Shown in pieces: positions 10,358 through 20,567 of a stretch of DNA of 64,000 nucleotides. Numbering within the stretch: the first letter of the stretch is position 1; each line of letters begins with the position of its first letter. A program made the position numbers and the translations under genes. The notes beneath the pieces were generated by a model. It saw only the letters and a list, made by a program, of their open reading frames with translations, had not been told where the DNA came from and made no database searches. Origin of the DNA: Promethearchaeota archaeon (lineage in GTDB: Archaea; Asgardarchaeota; Lokiarchaeia; Sigyniarchaeales; SOKP01). The DNA is taken from the NCBI GenBank assembly GCA_048940645.1, contig JBHLOI010000005.1:52578-116577 (forward strand), given 5' to 3'.

Positions 10358-13333
10358 GTGGGATTAAAAAGAATCTTATATAAGATTAGAAATAAATTGA
10401 ATCTTCAATTCATAAAACATACTTGGCTTAATTTAAAGAGAGATCGGGCAAAAGCAATATTTGCTATATTAGGAATTATGATCTCAATCGTTTTATTAAC
10501 TGCAATTGGGATGGTAAATGATACAATGTCATATAATTATATGCAAATAATAACCAGTAGTACTGGGAATGCTGATATTATGATCTCAAAAAGGATAAAG
10601 ACAGATATTAGTTTTAATCCTTACTTCGATGAAGACATCATAAATAATGATTTACAAGACATTGAAGGGGTTGAAGAATTCTTCCCAAGGATAATGATGC
10701 TAGTCCGAGCATCTTCAAATAAGTCCTCTACAAATTCAACTTTAGAATTGTATGGCTTAGATTTTTTAAAAGAGGCTAGTAATGGTCATATGGGAGATTT
10801 ATTATTAGTTGATGAAAATGGACTTAAAACTGGAAGTCGTTATTTAAACGAACCTGCTAGTGGACAGTGTGTGATCTTATGGAGAGTTGCTGACTTAATG
10901 AATTTAACCATAGGTGATTTTATCCATCTAGAATATTTAGATGATATTAATTTAGAAGTTGTCGCGATATGTGAACAAGATTTAAAATTCACAGAATTGG
11001 AAAATTCATTGATATTAGTTAATCTACAACAGGCACAGTCTTTTCTTGTATCAGGAAATAAGGAAATCAACTTCATATATGGTACCTTAGAAAATCCCGA
11101 GAGGGTATACGATATACGAAATATTGATGAAACTAAGAGAAAATTAAGAGAAATTGGTACACGTATACAATCTAATTTAGATATAAATGAATTTAGTGTT
11201 TCACTGCCTAAACTTGAAGAAATTGGTGCTGAGGAGTTCATGCTAATTGCTATGACTGTTATTTTTTGGTTCATTACAATTATTGGAATGCTTATTACAG
11301 GGATATTAATAAACTCAATATTATCAACTTCAACTGAAGAAAGAGTTCGGGAATACGGAATTCTTCGAGTTGTTGGTGGTAAAAAAACTTTTCCTGTTAA
11401 AGTGGTCGTGTTTGAAGGTGCTTTAATCGGAACCATCGGTTCACTTTTAGGAATTATAATAGGATTGATATTTACCCCTCCAATAATTAATTTTTTATTC
11501 GTAGTGACTGGTTTTCCGTTGCAAAATGTAGAATATATTATTCAGCCTCAAACAATCTTTCTTGCATTCTCAATAGGAGCTGGAGGTGCCTTAGCTGTTT
11601 CAGTATTACCCGCTCTTAAAACTGCTAAAATGAATTTAATAAAATCAATTACCCCCTTTCATGCAAAGGAAGAAGGATGGGAAGTTAGGAAAGAAGGAAG
11701 TGTTAATGTCAAAAGCTTTCTTGTAGGAATCTCTATTGCCACAATCGGGATGGTAGTTTTTGTTCTTTTACCTACAATATTCGTTAGTGGTGAATTTATG
11801 TTAATTGCAGGATTATTTATCGGATTACTAGGCGCTATTCTAATTGGTTTTGTTTTTGCATCAGTTGGAATTGTTCCTCTAATACAACAAATATTCCTTG
11901 GACTTATTAAACCTACAATAAGAAAATATGCTAATATTATAAAAATTTCTTTAAAACGTAATAGAAGGCGTAATACAAGCACTATAGTCATGTTTGCAAT
12001 TAGTTTTTCATTTATCTTCTTTATAACTAGTGTAACTGAGATGGAGTCCGAAAATATGTCATTAAATTTAAGATTCCAATATGGTTCAGATCTAGTTTTG
12101 ATTAATCAAGGATTAGAAGGGGACCCCAATGCTGTTACCTCAGAAATGGCAGAAGAAATTAAGATTCTTCCGGGTGTAGATGATGTAGCAATAACGCTAT
12201 ATAATATGTTTGATATAACATCAGTTTTATCAGTAATCTATGATTTTAGTGAGGGAGGAATGTTTGATGAAGAATCACTTAACGAAGCTTTTCTAAATGT
12301 TTTTGAATTTTATACAGAACAATCAGAAAGGAAATATAAAACGAGGGCCTCAGATCTAATTGCTTTTGAAGAGTTTGAAATTGGCCTTATTGGAATAGAG
12401 GAAGATTTTATCGATTTGATAGACAAAAATCTTCTGATCTGGAATAGTCCGAGAAGTGGAAATGAATATTCTTTTAGCCAACTCTTTAATCATAATGATA
12501 CATGTATAATCTCAGGATCACTTGCCACAGTTCTTGGAATTAAAGATATTGGTGAAAAAATATTAATTTCTTTTTATGAGAATGAAACAGGGACTGAAAG
12601 AGGGGACCTGGTGAGAGATCCTTTAATTTTTACGGTTGCTGGAATTTCTGGTGGAATACCAGGATTCTGGAATATTAGAAGTTCTGTTTCAATGGCGGCA
12701 GGTAGCGGAATTATTGTTTCTTTGGAGAATTATATACGATTAATGGATATTGAAAATCCAGGAAGCCCAGATATGACAGTTGATAAAATTTTTATTAATC
12801 TAATAGATGATTCTGAAGAAAACATTGAAGAAACTAAAGAAGAGATTCAATCCACACATCAAGATAAAGATTTTTTTGTTGATGATGCTATCTCGAAAAT
12901 AATCTTCCTTAATGATATGTATGAGCGACAAAGTACATTAATGGAAATTATTAATTGGTTTGCTATTGCAATAGCCGTTTTTGGCCTAATTAGTTCTATG
13001 TATGCAGTAATGCTTGAAAGGAAATTTGAAATTGGTATTTTAAGGTCTGTTGGAATGAAAGTTAAAAATGTTAGGAAATTATTCCTAATAGAAAGTATGA
13101 TTTTAATGCTATCCAGCGGAACAATGGGGACAATAATTGGAACTTATTGTGCATATTTGTTAGAGACAAATATGGGTCTTATGACAGAGATGCCGATTGT
13201 TTTTGAGGTCCCTCTTGATGTTTTATTAAGAGTTTATTTCATCTCAATATTAGTAGGATTTATAGGTATGTATATAATATTAATACGGTTGAGTAGGCAA
13301 ACAATTATGGATATCTTTAGGCAAACATTTTAA
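10358..13333 (+). CDS. FtsX/MacB-family (type VII ABC) permease with duplicated architecture
   Basis: Two large extracytoplasmic domains and two FtsX motifs (ERVREYGILRVVG, ERKFEIGILRSVG). Confidence 0.9.
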   Translation: MGLKRILYKIRNKLNLQFIKHTWLNLKRDRAKAIFAILGIMISIVLLTAIGMVNDTMSYNYMQIITSSTGNADIMISKRIKTDISFNPYFDEDIINNDLQDIEGVEEFFPRIMMLVRASSNKSSTNSTLELYGLDFLKEASNGHMGDLLLVDENGLKTGSRYLNEPASGQCVILWRVADLMNLTIGDFIHLEYLDDINLEVVAICEQDLKFTELENSLILVNLQQAQSFLVSGNKEINFIYGTLENPERVYDIRNIDETKRKLREIGTRIQSNLDINEFSVSLPKLEEIGAEEFMLIAMTVIFWFITIIGMLITGILINSILSTSTEERVREYGILRVVGGKKTFPVKVVVFEGALIGTIGSLLGIIIGLIFTPPIINFLFVVTGFPLQNVEYIIQPQTIFLAFSIGAGGALAVSVLPALKTAKMNLIKSITPFHAKEEGWEVRKEGSVNVKSFLVGISIATIGMVVFVLLPTIFVSGEFMLIAGLFIGLLGAILIGFVFASVGIVPLIQQIFLGLIKPTIRKYANIIKISLKRNRRRNTSTIVMFAISFSFIFFITSVTEMESENMSLNLRFQYGSDLVLINQGLEGDPNAVTSEMAEEIKILPGVDDVAITLYNMFDITSVLSVIYDFSEGGMFDEESLNEAFLNVFEFYTEQSERKYKTRASDLIAFEEFEIGLIGIEEDFIDLIDKNLLIWNSPRSGNEYSFSQLFNHNDTCIISGSLATVLGIKDIGEKILISFYENETGTERGDLVRDPLIFTVAGISGGIPGFWNIRSSVSMAAGSGIIVSLENYIRLMDIENPGSPDMTVDKIFINLIDDSEENIEETKEEIQSTHQDKDFFVDDAISKIIFLNDMYERQSTLMEIINWFAIAIAVFGLISSMYAVMLERKFEIGILRSVGMKVKNVRKLFLIESMILMLSSGTMGTIIGTYCAYLLETNMGLMTEMPIVFEVPLDVLLRVYFISILVGFIGMYIILIRLSRQTIMDIFRQTF

Positions 13334-13926
13334 GATGTTTTTAAATTTTTCTTAAGGAATTGAATCATTTCTTTCCAAGCTTTCCCTCTATGGGAAATTT
13401 TATTCTTTTCTTCTATCGATAATTCTGCAAATGTCTTATTGGGAATATTATCGGGGATGAAAATAGGATCAAATCCAAACCCTCTGGAACCTTTTATTCT
13501 CTCTGATACTTTTCCCTCTACTCTTCCCTCAAAAAGAAAATCTTTATTTAAAGGCTCGAAAAATAAGGCAATAATCGCAATAAAATGAGCTTTAGACTGT
13601 TTAAAATTATTAATTAATCGTAAAATACCCTCATTTCCTATCGTTTTAAATACATAAGAGGAATACACGCCAGGAAATCCATTAAGAGGATCATCAATAA
13701 AAAATCCTGCATCTTCTATAAAGCAAGAGCAATTGACTTTTGACTTTGCACTATTTAATTTAAATAAAGCATTTTCTCTTAATGATTCTGTCTGCATCTC
13801 AATGGTTTTAAAATTTAGCTGTTTTAGTTGATAAGGGATTTTCTCATTTTCAAACAACTTTTTTATTTCATTAAATTTATATTTATTTGTTGTAATAAAA
13901 TAAATTACATCATCCTCTTTATTCAT
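13330..13926 (-). CDS. rdgB: Non-canonical purine NTP pyrophosphatase (HAM1/RdgB)
   Basis: TTNKYK, EDAG, GFPGVYS, GFGFDPIF and KNKISHRG motifs. Confidence 0.95.
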   Translation of the reverse strand: MNKEDDVIYFITTNKYKFNEIKKLFENEKIPYQLKQLNFKTIEMQTESLRENALFKLNSAKSKVNCSCFIEDAGFFIDDPLNGFPGVYSSYVFKTIGNEGILRLINNFKQSKAHFIAIIALFFEPLNKDFLFEGRVEGKVSERIKGSRGFGFDPIFIPDNIPNKTFAELSIEEKNKISHRGKAWKEMIQFLKKNLKTS

Positions 13927-14066
13927 AATTGCTATAATTCTCTAAGGTTTATTTATATATAGTTCTAATTTCCTCTACTATTAAATTGAAATTCCAAAAT
14001 TTTATTTTGGAGAGTTCATTTAAGTTTATATCTAATTTATGATCATCAGAATATTGCTGTGATATC

Positions 14067-14525
14067 ATGGCTCGAATGCATAGTAGAAAAAGAGGAAGAT
14101 CAGGTTCAAAACGACCGGCAAGATTGGAAAAGCCTGTTTGGGTGGAACTTAGCGGAGAAGAAGTAGAAAGTGAAGTGGTAAAATTAGCTAGAAAAGGTCT
14201 TTCTAAATCTAGAATAGGTACCACTCTTCGAGATTCTTATGGTGTTCCATTGGTAAAAGTCGTTACTGGTAAATCGATTAGCCAAATTCTTGAAGAAAAT
14301 GAAATTGAAGCACCATTACCTGAAGATTTATCAAATTTAGTTAAAAAAGCATTGAATATCAGAAAACATCTTGAAGCAAATCATAAAGATTTAGAAGCTA
14401 AAAAGGGTCTTAATAGAACTGAGTCAAAAGTATATAGACTCATCAAATACTACAAAAAGAAGGGAGATCTCGAACCAGATTTTAAATATGATCCAGAAAA
14501 AATAAGAACAATAGTGATGAGGTAA
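14067..14525 (+). CDS. rps15: 30S ribosomal protein uS15 (S13e type)
   Basis: MARMHSRKRGRSGSKRP N-terminus, LRDSYGVP, LPEDL, HKDLEAK. Confidence 0.97.
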   Translation: MARMHSRKRGRSGSKRPARLEKPVWVELSGEEVESEVVKLARKGLSKSRIGTTLRDSYGVPLVKVVTGKSISQILEENEIEAPLPEDLSNLVKKALNIRKHLEANHKDLEAKKGLNRTESKVYRLIKYYKKKGDLEPDFKYDPEKIRTIVMR

Positions 14526-14532
14526 TTTTACA

Positions 14533-15309
14533 ATGAGTCAGAAAGCTAGAAAAAGGAAACCTAAAACTAAAAAAATTTCTTTCAAAGATAAAAATTGGTT
14601 TACAGTAATAGCTCCAAAAAGTTTCAATTTTAGAGAGATTGGGGAAGTTATTGGATTCCAAAATAATATATTAGGAAGAACGGTTGAAATTTTATTATAT
14701 GATATCACCCAAGATTATACAGATATAAGTTTAAAGCTAAAATTTAAAATCGTAGATTTGAATCCAGAAGGAAATACATGTAATAGCATTTTTTGGGGAC
14801 ATCAGTATACAAATGATTATATACGGTCATTAATCGGGAGAGGAAGTTCAAAAGTTCAATTAATTCTAAATCTAACTACAAAGGATAATTGGACTTTCCG
14901 GCTTACCACCATTTGTACCACAATAAGAAGAGCAAGAAGTTCTCAGCAAGTAATTATTAGGAAAATCATCTCGGAAATTCTTAAAGAATTTGCTAAAAAT
15001 CTGAATCATGAGAAGTTCAGTAATGGAATTATTTATCATGAATTTGAAAATCAAATTACCAGAGTTGCTAAAACTATCTATCCCTTATCTAATTGTACGA
15101 TAGTTAAAAGTAAAATAATATCTATACCTGAAGGTGGGGAGGATAAAATATTTGTTCCTAAAGAAGAGGATTTTGAGATTGTTGAAGTCGAAGTAAAACG
15201 TACACGAAAAAGTGAGATAAGAAGAACTGAAAGGATTAACGTTAAAAAATACGCCCAAGCAAAAGCTTCTAAAGATTCTGAGAGTGACAATAAAGATACA
15301 GATGAGTGA
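14533..15309 (+). CDS. rps3ae: 30S ribosomal protein eS1 (S3Ae)
   Basis: KNWFTVIAP, GRTVE, DYIRSLI and IYPL motifs; lies next to rps15. Confidence 0.93.
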   Translation: MSQKARKRKPKTKKISFKDKNWFTVIAPKSFNFREIGEVIGFQNNILGRTVEILLYDITQDYTDISLKLKFKIVDLNPEGNTCNSIFWGHQYTNDYIRSLIGRGSSKVQLILNLTTKDNWTFRLTTICTTIRRARSSQQVIIRKIISEILKEFAKNLNHEKFSNGIIYHEFENQITRVAKTIYPLSNCTIVKSKIISIPEGGEDKIFVPKEEDFEIVEVEVKRTRKSEIRRTERINVKKYAQAKASKDSESDNKDTDE

Positions 15310-15463
15310 TAACACTTTTTTTAATAAAGAAAAACACTAACTTTTTTTAAAGAATTTTTTATTTAGAAGAGTTCTATATTTTGAGTTGCATTAATTTTAA
15401 AACATAAGTTAATAAAATGATTAATATTATTATTCAAAATAATTTTAATATAAGATTATTAAC

Positions 15464-17191
15464 ATGTCTAATGAAGAAGGCAACAGAGATAATCCTTATT
15501 CCTTTGATGATTATCAATATGTAAGAGATAATTTTAACTATTATCGAGATGATGAATTTTTTCAAGTTTTAGTCAGACATTATTGTCCTCCTGATGAATA
15601 TGAGATAATCAATCGTGACCTTTCTGCTTTATCAGATTATGTTTCGTATAAATGGAAAGATCTTGCTGATAAGTCGACTGAACTAGAAAATAGAATAAAA
15701 GTTACCAAAATTAAACATTATGATGCACATAATCATCGAATTGACAGAATCGAACGCTGTTGGGAAACAGAAACTTTAGAACGGGAAATATTTAGCCTTG
15801 GACTTTGGGATCCAAATAGAAATACACCATGGAGTAGATTCATTAAAATGTTTTTATTATATGAAAATGGAGAAGCTGGTGTGATGTGTCCAGTAGCTTG
15901 TACTCATGGTCTTATATGGCTTTTACAGAAATATGAAAATGAATTATCTCCTAAAGCTTTTGAAATACTCCATTATTTAAGAGATGGGAGAAATGGAGAA
16001 TATGCTAGAGGTTCTCAGTTTGTTAGCGAAATTCAGGGGGGAAGTGATGTACCGGCAAATCTTGTTGAAGCCGTATTTGAAAGAGAAGGAGGTCCGGATA
16101 ATATATCAAACGTATGGAGACTTTATGGTCAAAAATTCTTTTGTTCAGCAGTCCACACGGATTATGCACTTGTTACAGCCAAACCTAAGGATTCTCCTTC
16201 ATCAACCAGGGTAGCAGCATTTGTGGTACCAGCATGGCTTCCAAACAATAAGGAAAGAGAAATTAGAAATTCATATACAATAGATCGCCTAAAACCAAAA
16301 TTAGGAACTGCTGAACTACCAACGGCTGAAATCACCTACAATGGAGCGGTTGCCTATCCTATTGGTCCACTTGAGAAAGGTTTGGCTAATGTTGTTGGAA
16401 TAGTTCTTTCTTTATCTAGATTACATGTGGCATTTGGTATGGCAGCGGGAGCTTTAAGAATAGCTAGAGAAGCAATATTATATGCAAAATTTAGAACCGC
16501 TTTTGGTGTCCCAGTTGCTTCTTTCCCTATGATGATTAATCAAATTAATGAATTAGATCATTTTGCCAAGAGAACTGCTGTTGGAGCTTTTAAAGTATAT
16601 TCCGAATTTATTCACTTTAAAGAAGAGTTAATTAGTGGCATAAGGGATTTACAAAAAATTGAGGATCTTGAGGAACGAAAACGTAGATATAGATTACGTG
16701 AACTTATAATGCTTCAAAAAATAGTAGTAGCAGATGAATGCCCTAAAATGATAAGAATGGCAATATCTTTTTTTGGCGGTCATGGGGTAATGGAAGACTT
16801 TTTATGCTTCCCGAGGTTTGTGCGTGATGCTTTTGTGCAGGAATTATGGGAAGGACCACGTAATGTATTATTAACTCAAATACATAGAGACTTTCAGAGA
16901 GTAAGAGATTGGTATCCTCCTAAAGACTTTATTAGAGATTTACTACAGGGAGCTAATAATGATTTAATAGAAGAATATGCAAGTGAATTTTCAAGAATAA
17001 TATCTCATGAGAGCCTATTGAGAAATGATGAAGAAACATTAAAGATTTGTAAAGACTGGGAAATATTTTCAAATGAACTTTTTATCGCTTACCAAGAACA
17101 AGCACTTCGAGAATTAAATTACGAAGAAAAACCAATTAAATTCTCGAAATTATTACGTCAATTTAAAAAAAGAACGTCAATCACGGATTGA
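15464..17191 (+). CDS. Acyl-CoA dehydrogenase, AidB-like
   Basis: CPVACT, SEIQGGSD, GQKFFCS, LKPKLGT, RTAFG, GGHGVMED and WEGPRN. Confidence 0.9.
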   Translation: MSNEEGNRDNPYSFDDYQYVRDNFNYYRDDEFFQVLVRHYCPPDEYEIINRDLSALSDYVSYKWKDLADKSTELENRIKVTKIKHYDAHNHRIDRIERCWETETLEREIFSLGLWDPNRNTPWSRFIKMFLLYENGEAGVMCPVACTHGLIWLLQKYENELSPKAFEILHYLRDGRNGEYARGSQFVSEIQGGSDVPANLVEAVFEREGGPDNISNVWRLYGQKFFCSAVHTDYALVTAKPKDSPSSTRVAAFVVPAWLPNNKEREIRNSYTIDRLKPKLGTAELPTAEITYNGAVAYPIGPLEKGLANVVGIVLSLSRLHVAFGMAAGALRIAREAILYAKFRTAFGVPVASFPMMINQINELDHFAKRTAVGAFKVYSEFIHFKEELISGIRDLQKIEDLEERKRRYRLRELIMLQKIVVADECPKMIRMAISFFGGHGVMEDFLCFPRFVRDAFVQELWEGPRNVLLTQIHRDFQRVRDWYPPKDFIRDLLQGANNDLIEEYASEFSRIISHESLLRNDEETLKICKDWEIFSNELFIAYQEQALRELNYEEKPIKFSKLLRQFKKRTSITD

Positions 17192-17209
17192 AGATTTTTC
17201 TTTAAATTT

Positions 17210-18508
17210 CTAATTTGAGAAAGAATTTGGTTTTTTTATAATATTTCCATCAGAATCTTGATAATAAAGAGTATTTGGGGGAACATCTTCATTTACTAAT
17301 GTATGAGCTCCAATAACTGAGTTTTCCCCAATTATTTTTCCACACATTATACTAGCATTAATTCCTGTTTGAGAATTAGGGCCTATAATTGCTCCTAACT
17401 TTCTTTTCCCTGAGTCAATTAATTTTCCATTTATATTCATTTTTATATTGCAATTATCAAAACGTAAATTTGATAATTTTGCCCCAGCACCGAGATTTAC
17501 ATTCTCGCAAATAATACTATCTCCAATGTAATTGAAATGTGGAACCGCGGTATTTGAAAAAATAAGTGAGTTCTTCGTTTCAGACATTCCTATATGACAA
17601 TTATCTCCAATTGAAGTATAAGGGCGAATAAAAGCATTTGGACCAATTAAACAATTGTTACCAATATAACAAGGTCCTTGAATATATGTTCCGGACTTGA
17701 TAATAGTTGTTTCTCCTATATATACTTCTCCTAAAATAAATACATTTTTTTCAACTTTTCCTAAAATCTTTCCCTTTTGATTATCTAATATGTACTTGTT
17801 TACATCTAAAAGCTGCCACGGTAAGCCAATATCATTCCAATAGTAATTGTTTATGTTATAACCATAAATCCTTCCATCCATTTGATTAATTAGAATTTTC
17901 ATAGAATCAGTAAATTCATACTCTCCTCTGATTGACTTCTCAGTTTTCTCGATTGCTTTAAAAATATTAGATTTAAATAAATATATTCCACCATTAGCAA
18001 GATTACCTAAATTTAAATCGGGAGAAGGTTTTTCAGTAATTTTTTCTACAAATCCATTTGAATCAAGAGTTATTATTCCATAGTTTTGTGGATTATTTAC
18101 TTCAATCAAGGAGATTAATCCTTCGCATGGTGTTGTTTTAAATTTATGAATTAATTCTTTAAATATTTCTGAATCAACTAATAAATCACCATAGATAAGG
18201 AGGAAATCATCGTCCCTAACAAAATTCTTAGCATATCCAGTGGCATGAGCTGTTCCTAAATATTCTTCTTGAGTTAAATAATTGATTTTAATATCAAGAT
18301 TATCTTCATATCCCCCAAAATAGGTCTTAATCATTTCTTCCTTATATCCTACAACTAATAATAGCTCATCAATTCCCGCATCAATTAAACCTGAAATTGT
18401 GTAATCCATTAAGGGTTTTCCAGCTATGGGAATTAGTGGCTTTGGTCTAGTGGCTGTGATTGGCCTTAATCGTTTTCCTTTTCCAGCTGCTAGAATAACA
18501 GCTTTCAT
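17210..18508 (-). CDS. glmU: Bifunctional sugar-1-phosphate nucleotidyltransferase/acetyltransferase (archaeal GlmU)
   Basis: ILAAGKGKRLRP and PKPLIP; hexapeptide repeats; HFNYIGDS and NLRFD. Confidence 0.9.
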   Translation of the reverse strand: MKAVILAAGKGKRLRPITATRPKPLIPIAGKPLMDYTISGLIDAGIDELLLVVGYKEEMIKTYFGGYEDNLDIKINYLTQEEYLGTAHATGYAKNFVRDDDFLLIYGDLLVDSEIFKELIHKFKTTPCEGLISLIEVNNPQNYGIITLDSNGFVEKITEKPSPDLNLGNLANGGIYLFKSNIFKAIEKTEKSIRGEYEFTDSMKILINQMDGRIYGYNINNYYWNDIGLPWQLLDVNKYILDNQKGKILGKVEKNVFILGEVYIGETTIIKSGTYIQGPCYIGNNCLIGPNAFIRPYTSIGDNCHIGMSETKNSLIFSNTAVPHFNYIGDSIICENVNLGAGAKLSNLRFDNCNIKMNINGKLIDSGKRKLGAIIGPNSQTGINASIMCGKIIGENSVIGAHTLVNEDVPPNTLYYQDSDGNIIKKPNSFSN

Positions 18509-18539
18509 AAATATTTAGAAATGAGCATATTATTAGAAA

Positions 18540-19427
18540 TTATTGATCAAATTCTTTGATAATTTCATTTAAGTAAGTTTTCAAAGAACGATATGGTTTT
18601 AAATCACCTGAAAATTCTTGCTTCAATATCTCTTCTTGGGAAACTTTTTCTTCTAGTTGCTTAAATATCTCTTTAATTTTATTAAAATCACCCGAGGCTA
18701 CGAAATCAAGAGAGTAACCGTTGATATCTCCAAACAATATCAACTTTTTACTTGTGTTCTCTAATAAATCATCAAACTGAATTTCTTTGATATTCATCTG
18801 TGCTCGGATTTGAGTATTCATTGCTATTGTAGCTAATCTTGCTGATAAATTTGAACTAAATAATTCGATATTTTCATTATTAATCTCTCGCTTAAGGTCA
18901 TTTAATAGTGATGTATCATATAATTGAGAAATAATTGGTAATCCTTGGGCAGAAATTCCACAATAAATAATTTTATTCTCTATTTGGGTATAAACATATT
19001 TAATTTCCTCATCTTCTAGTGGGTAATGATATTTATCCCACAAATATCCAGTAATTAATCTAATAACCTTAGAAAATTCAGATTTTTTTGAATATTCACC
19101 AAATTTATTTAAATCATCATAATTGGCATTAACCTTTTCATAAAATTCTTTTAGTAGGTTATCTGCTTCTTCAGAATTTGATAAAAAATCACCTGTTATA
19201 CAATAAAAAAGATTTTGAAGATCTTCAGTAACAACATGCTCAATTATCATACGTTCTCTGCCAGATTTACCTTCAAAAAAGATATTTTTCAAACGCCAGC
19301 CATTGTTAGGATTTATACTACGAATTAATTTTTCTATAAATAATACTATTTCAAACATCAAAAATTTATTTTCATTTGAAAGATAGAGAATTTCGTCATC
19401 TAAAATAATAGCAAAACCAGTTATCAT
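18540..19427 (-). CDS. Tandem longin-like domain protein
   Basis: Two beta-beta-alpha-beta3-alpha units (MITGFAIILDDEILY...; IIYCGISAQGLPIISQ...). Start moved to the ATG at 19427. Confidence 0.55.
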   Translation of the reverse strand: MITGFAIILDDEILYLSNENKFLMFEIVLFIEKLIRSINPNNGWRLKNIFFEGKSGRERMIIEHVVTEDLQNLFYCITGDFLSNSEEADNLLKEFYEKVNANYDDLNKFGEYSKKSEFSKVIRLITGYLWDKYHYPLEDEEIKYVYTQIENKIIYCGISAQGLPIISQLYDTSLLNDLKREINNENIELFSSNLSARLATIAMNTQIRAQMNIKEIQFDDLLENTSKKLILFGDINGYSLDFVASGDFNKIKEIFKQLEEKVSQEEILKQEFSGDLKPYRSLKTYLNEIIKEFDQ

Positions 19428-19731
19428 GGGTAAAATCTTAAAGTAATAGTTTTTCAATTATGATCGTATATCTACATAAATTTAAAATTATTCAAAATTT
19501 TAATTTTTTATGATATTGAGATAACAAATGATCTCAATAGTAAATTTTAAATTTTTACGTAAATTTTTCTGAAAATTTGTAGAATATCTTATAATAAATA
19601 AGTTTTAATAATTCATAATATAGATATAAAATAATTCATCCACTTAGAGATGATCTAAGGAGATTTCTTAATAGAAATAAAGGTTTGCAGAATAAATAGT
19701 AATTAATCTGATGAAGTAGCTGATTTAGGTA

Positions 19732-20532
19732 ATGAAGATAATTAAATTAGAAGAAAAGAAAAAAATTCGAAGAGCTGCTGAATTATTGTATAATTCAAAA
19801 GAGGCAATTGTATTAACCGGAGCAGGGGTTTCAACAGAATCTGGAATTCCAGATTTCCGTGGAGATAGTGGCATTTGGGAAAAATATAAACCCGAAATTT
19901 ACGGAAACATCCAAGCATTTTTAAAGAATCCAGCAAAATTCTGGGAACTAGCTCAAGAAATCGCTCCAAACCTTTTTAAGGCAAAACCAAACCCGGGTCA
20001 TTATGCTTTAACAGAGTTAGAGAAAATGGATATTATTAAAGCAGTTATAACTCAAAATATTGATGAGCTTCACCAAAAAGCAGGTTCAATTATAGTATAT
20101 GAGGTCCACGGAAACATCAATCGATTTAATTGCTTAGGATGTAAATCTTCATATACGAAAGATCAAATTATGCGAAAGTTGAAAAAAGAAAAAAAAGGGG
20201 GTCCGCTATGCGATTTTTGTTCAGCGCCTTTAAAACCCTCAGTTGTGTTATTTGGAGAAGGTTTACCGAATTTTGAGATATATCAATCACGAGCATTAGC
20301 GCAGAAGGCGGATTTAATGTTAATTGCAGGATCATCATTAGAAGTAGCACCTATATGTGATTTACCTTTATACACTCTAAGAGATGGTGGCAAATTAATT
20401 ATAGTAAACGATCAACCAACACATTTAGATAAACGTGCTGAAGTTGTAATTCGTCATAAGACAGGAATAGTTTTACCTTTAATTGTTAAAGAAATCAAAA
20501 GTATGATACAAGAACAGGATGAGAACAATTAA
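19732..20532 (+). CDS. cobB: NAD-dependent protein deacylase (sirtuin)
   Basis: GAGVSTESGIPDFRG, TQNID, HG, two CxxC, GSSL. Confidence 0.95.
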   Translation: MKIIKLEEKKKIRRAAELLYNSKEAIVLTGAGVSTESGIPDFRGDSGIWEKYKPEIYGNIQAFLKNPAKFWELAQEIAPNLFKAKPNPGHYALTELEKMDIIKAVITQNIDELHQKAGSIIVYEVHGNINRFNCLGCKSSYTKDQIMRKLKKEKKGGPLCDFCSAPLKPSVVLFGEGLPNFEIYQSRALAQKADLMLIAGSSLEVAPICDLPLYTLRDGGKLIIVNDQPTHLDKRAEVVIRHKTGIVLPLIVKEIKSMIQEQDENN

Positions 20533-20567
20533 ATTTTTATATTTCTTAGAAAGTTTGGAATTTTTTG

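Noticed and set aside
19514-19539. 9-bp inverted repeat TATTGAGAT-N8-ATCTCAATA between the longin gene and the sirtuin gene
   Set aside because: It could be an operator, but inverted repeats of this length are expected by chance in such AT-rich DNA and I saw no second copy.
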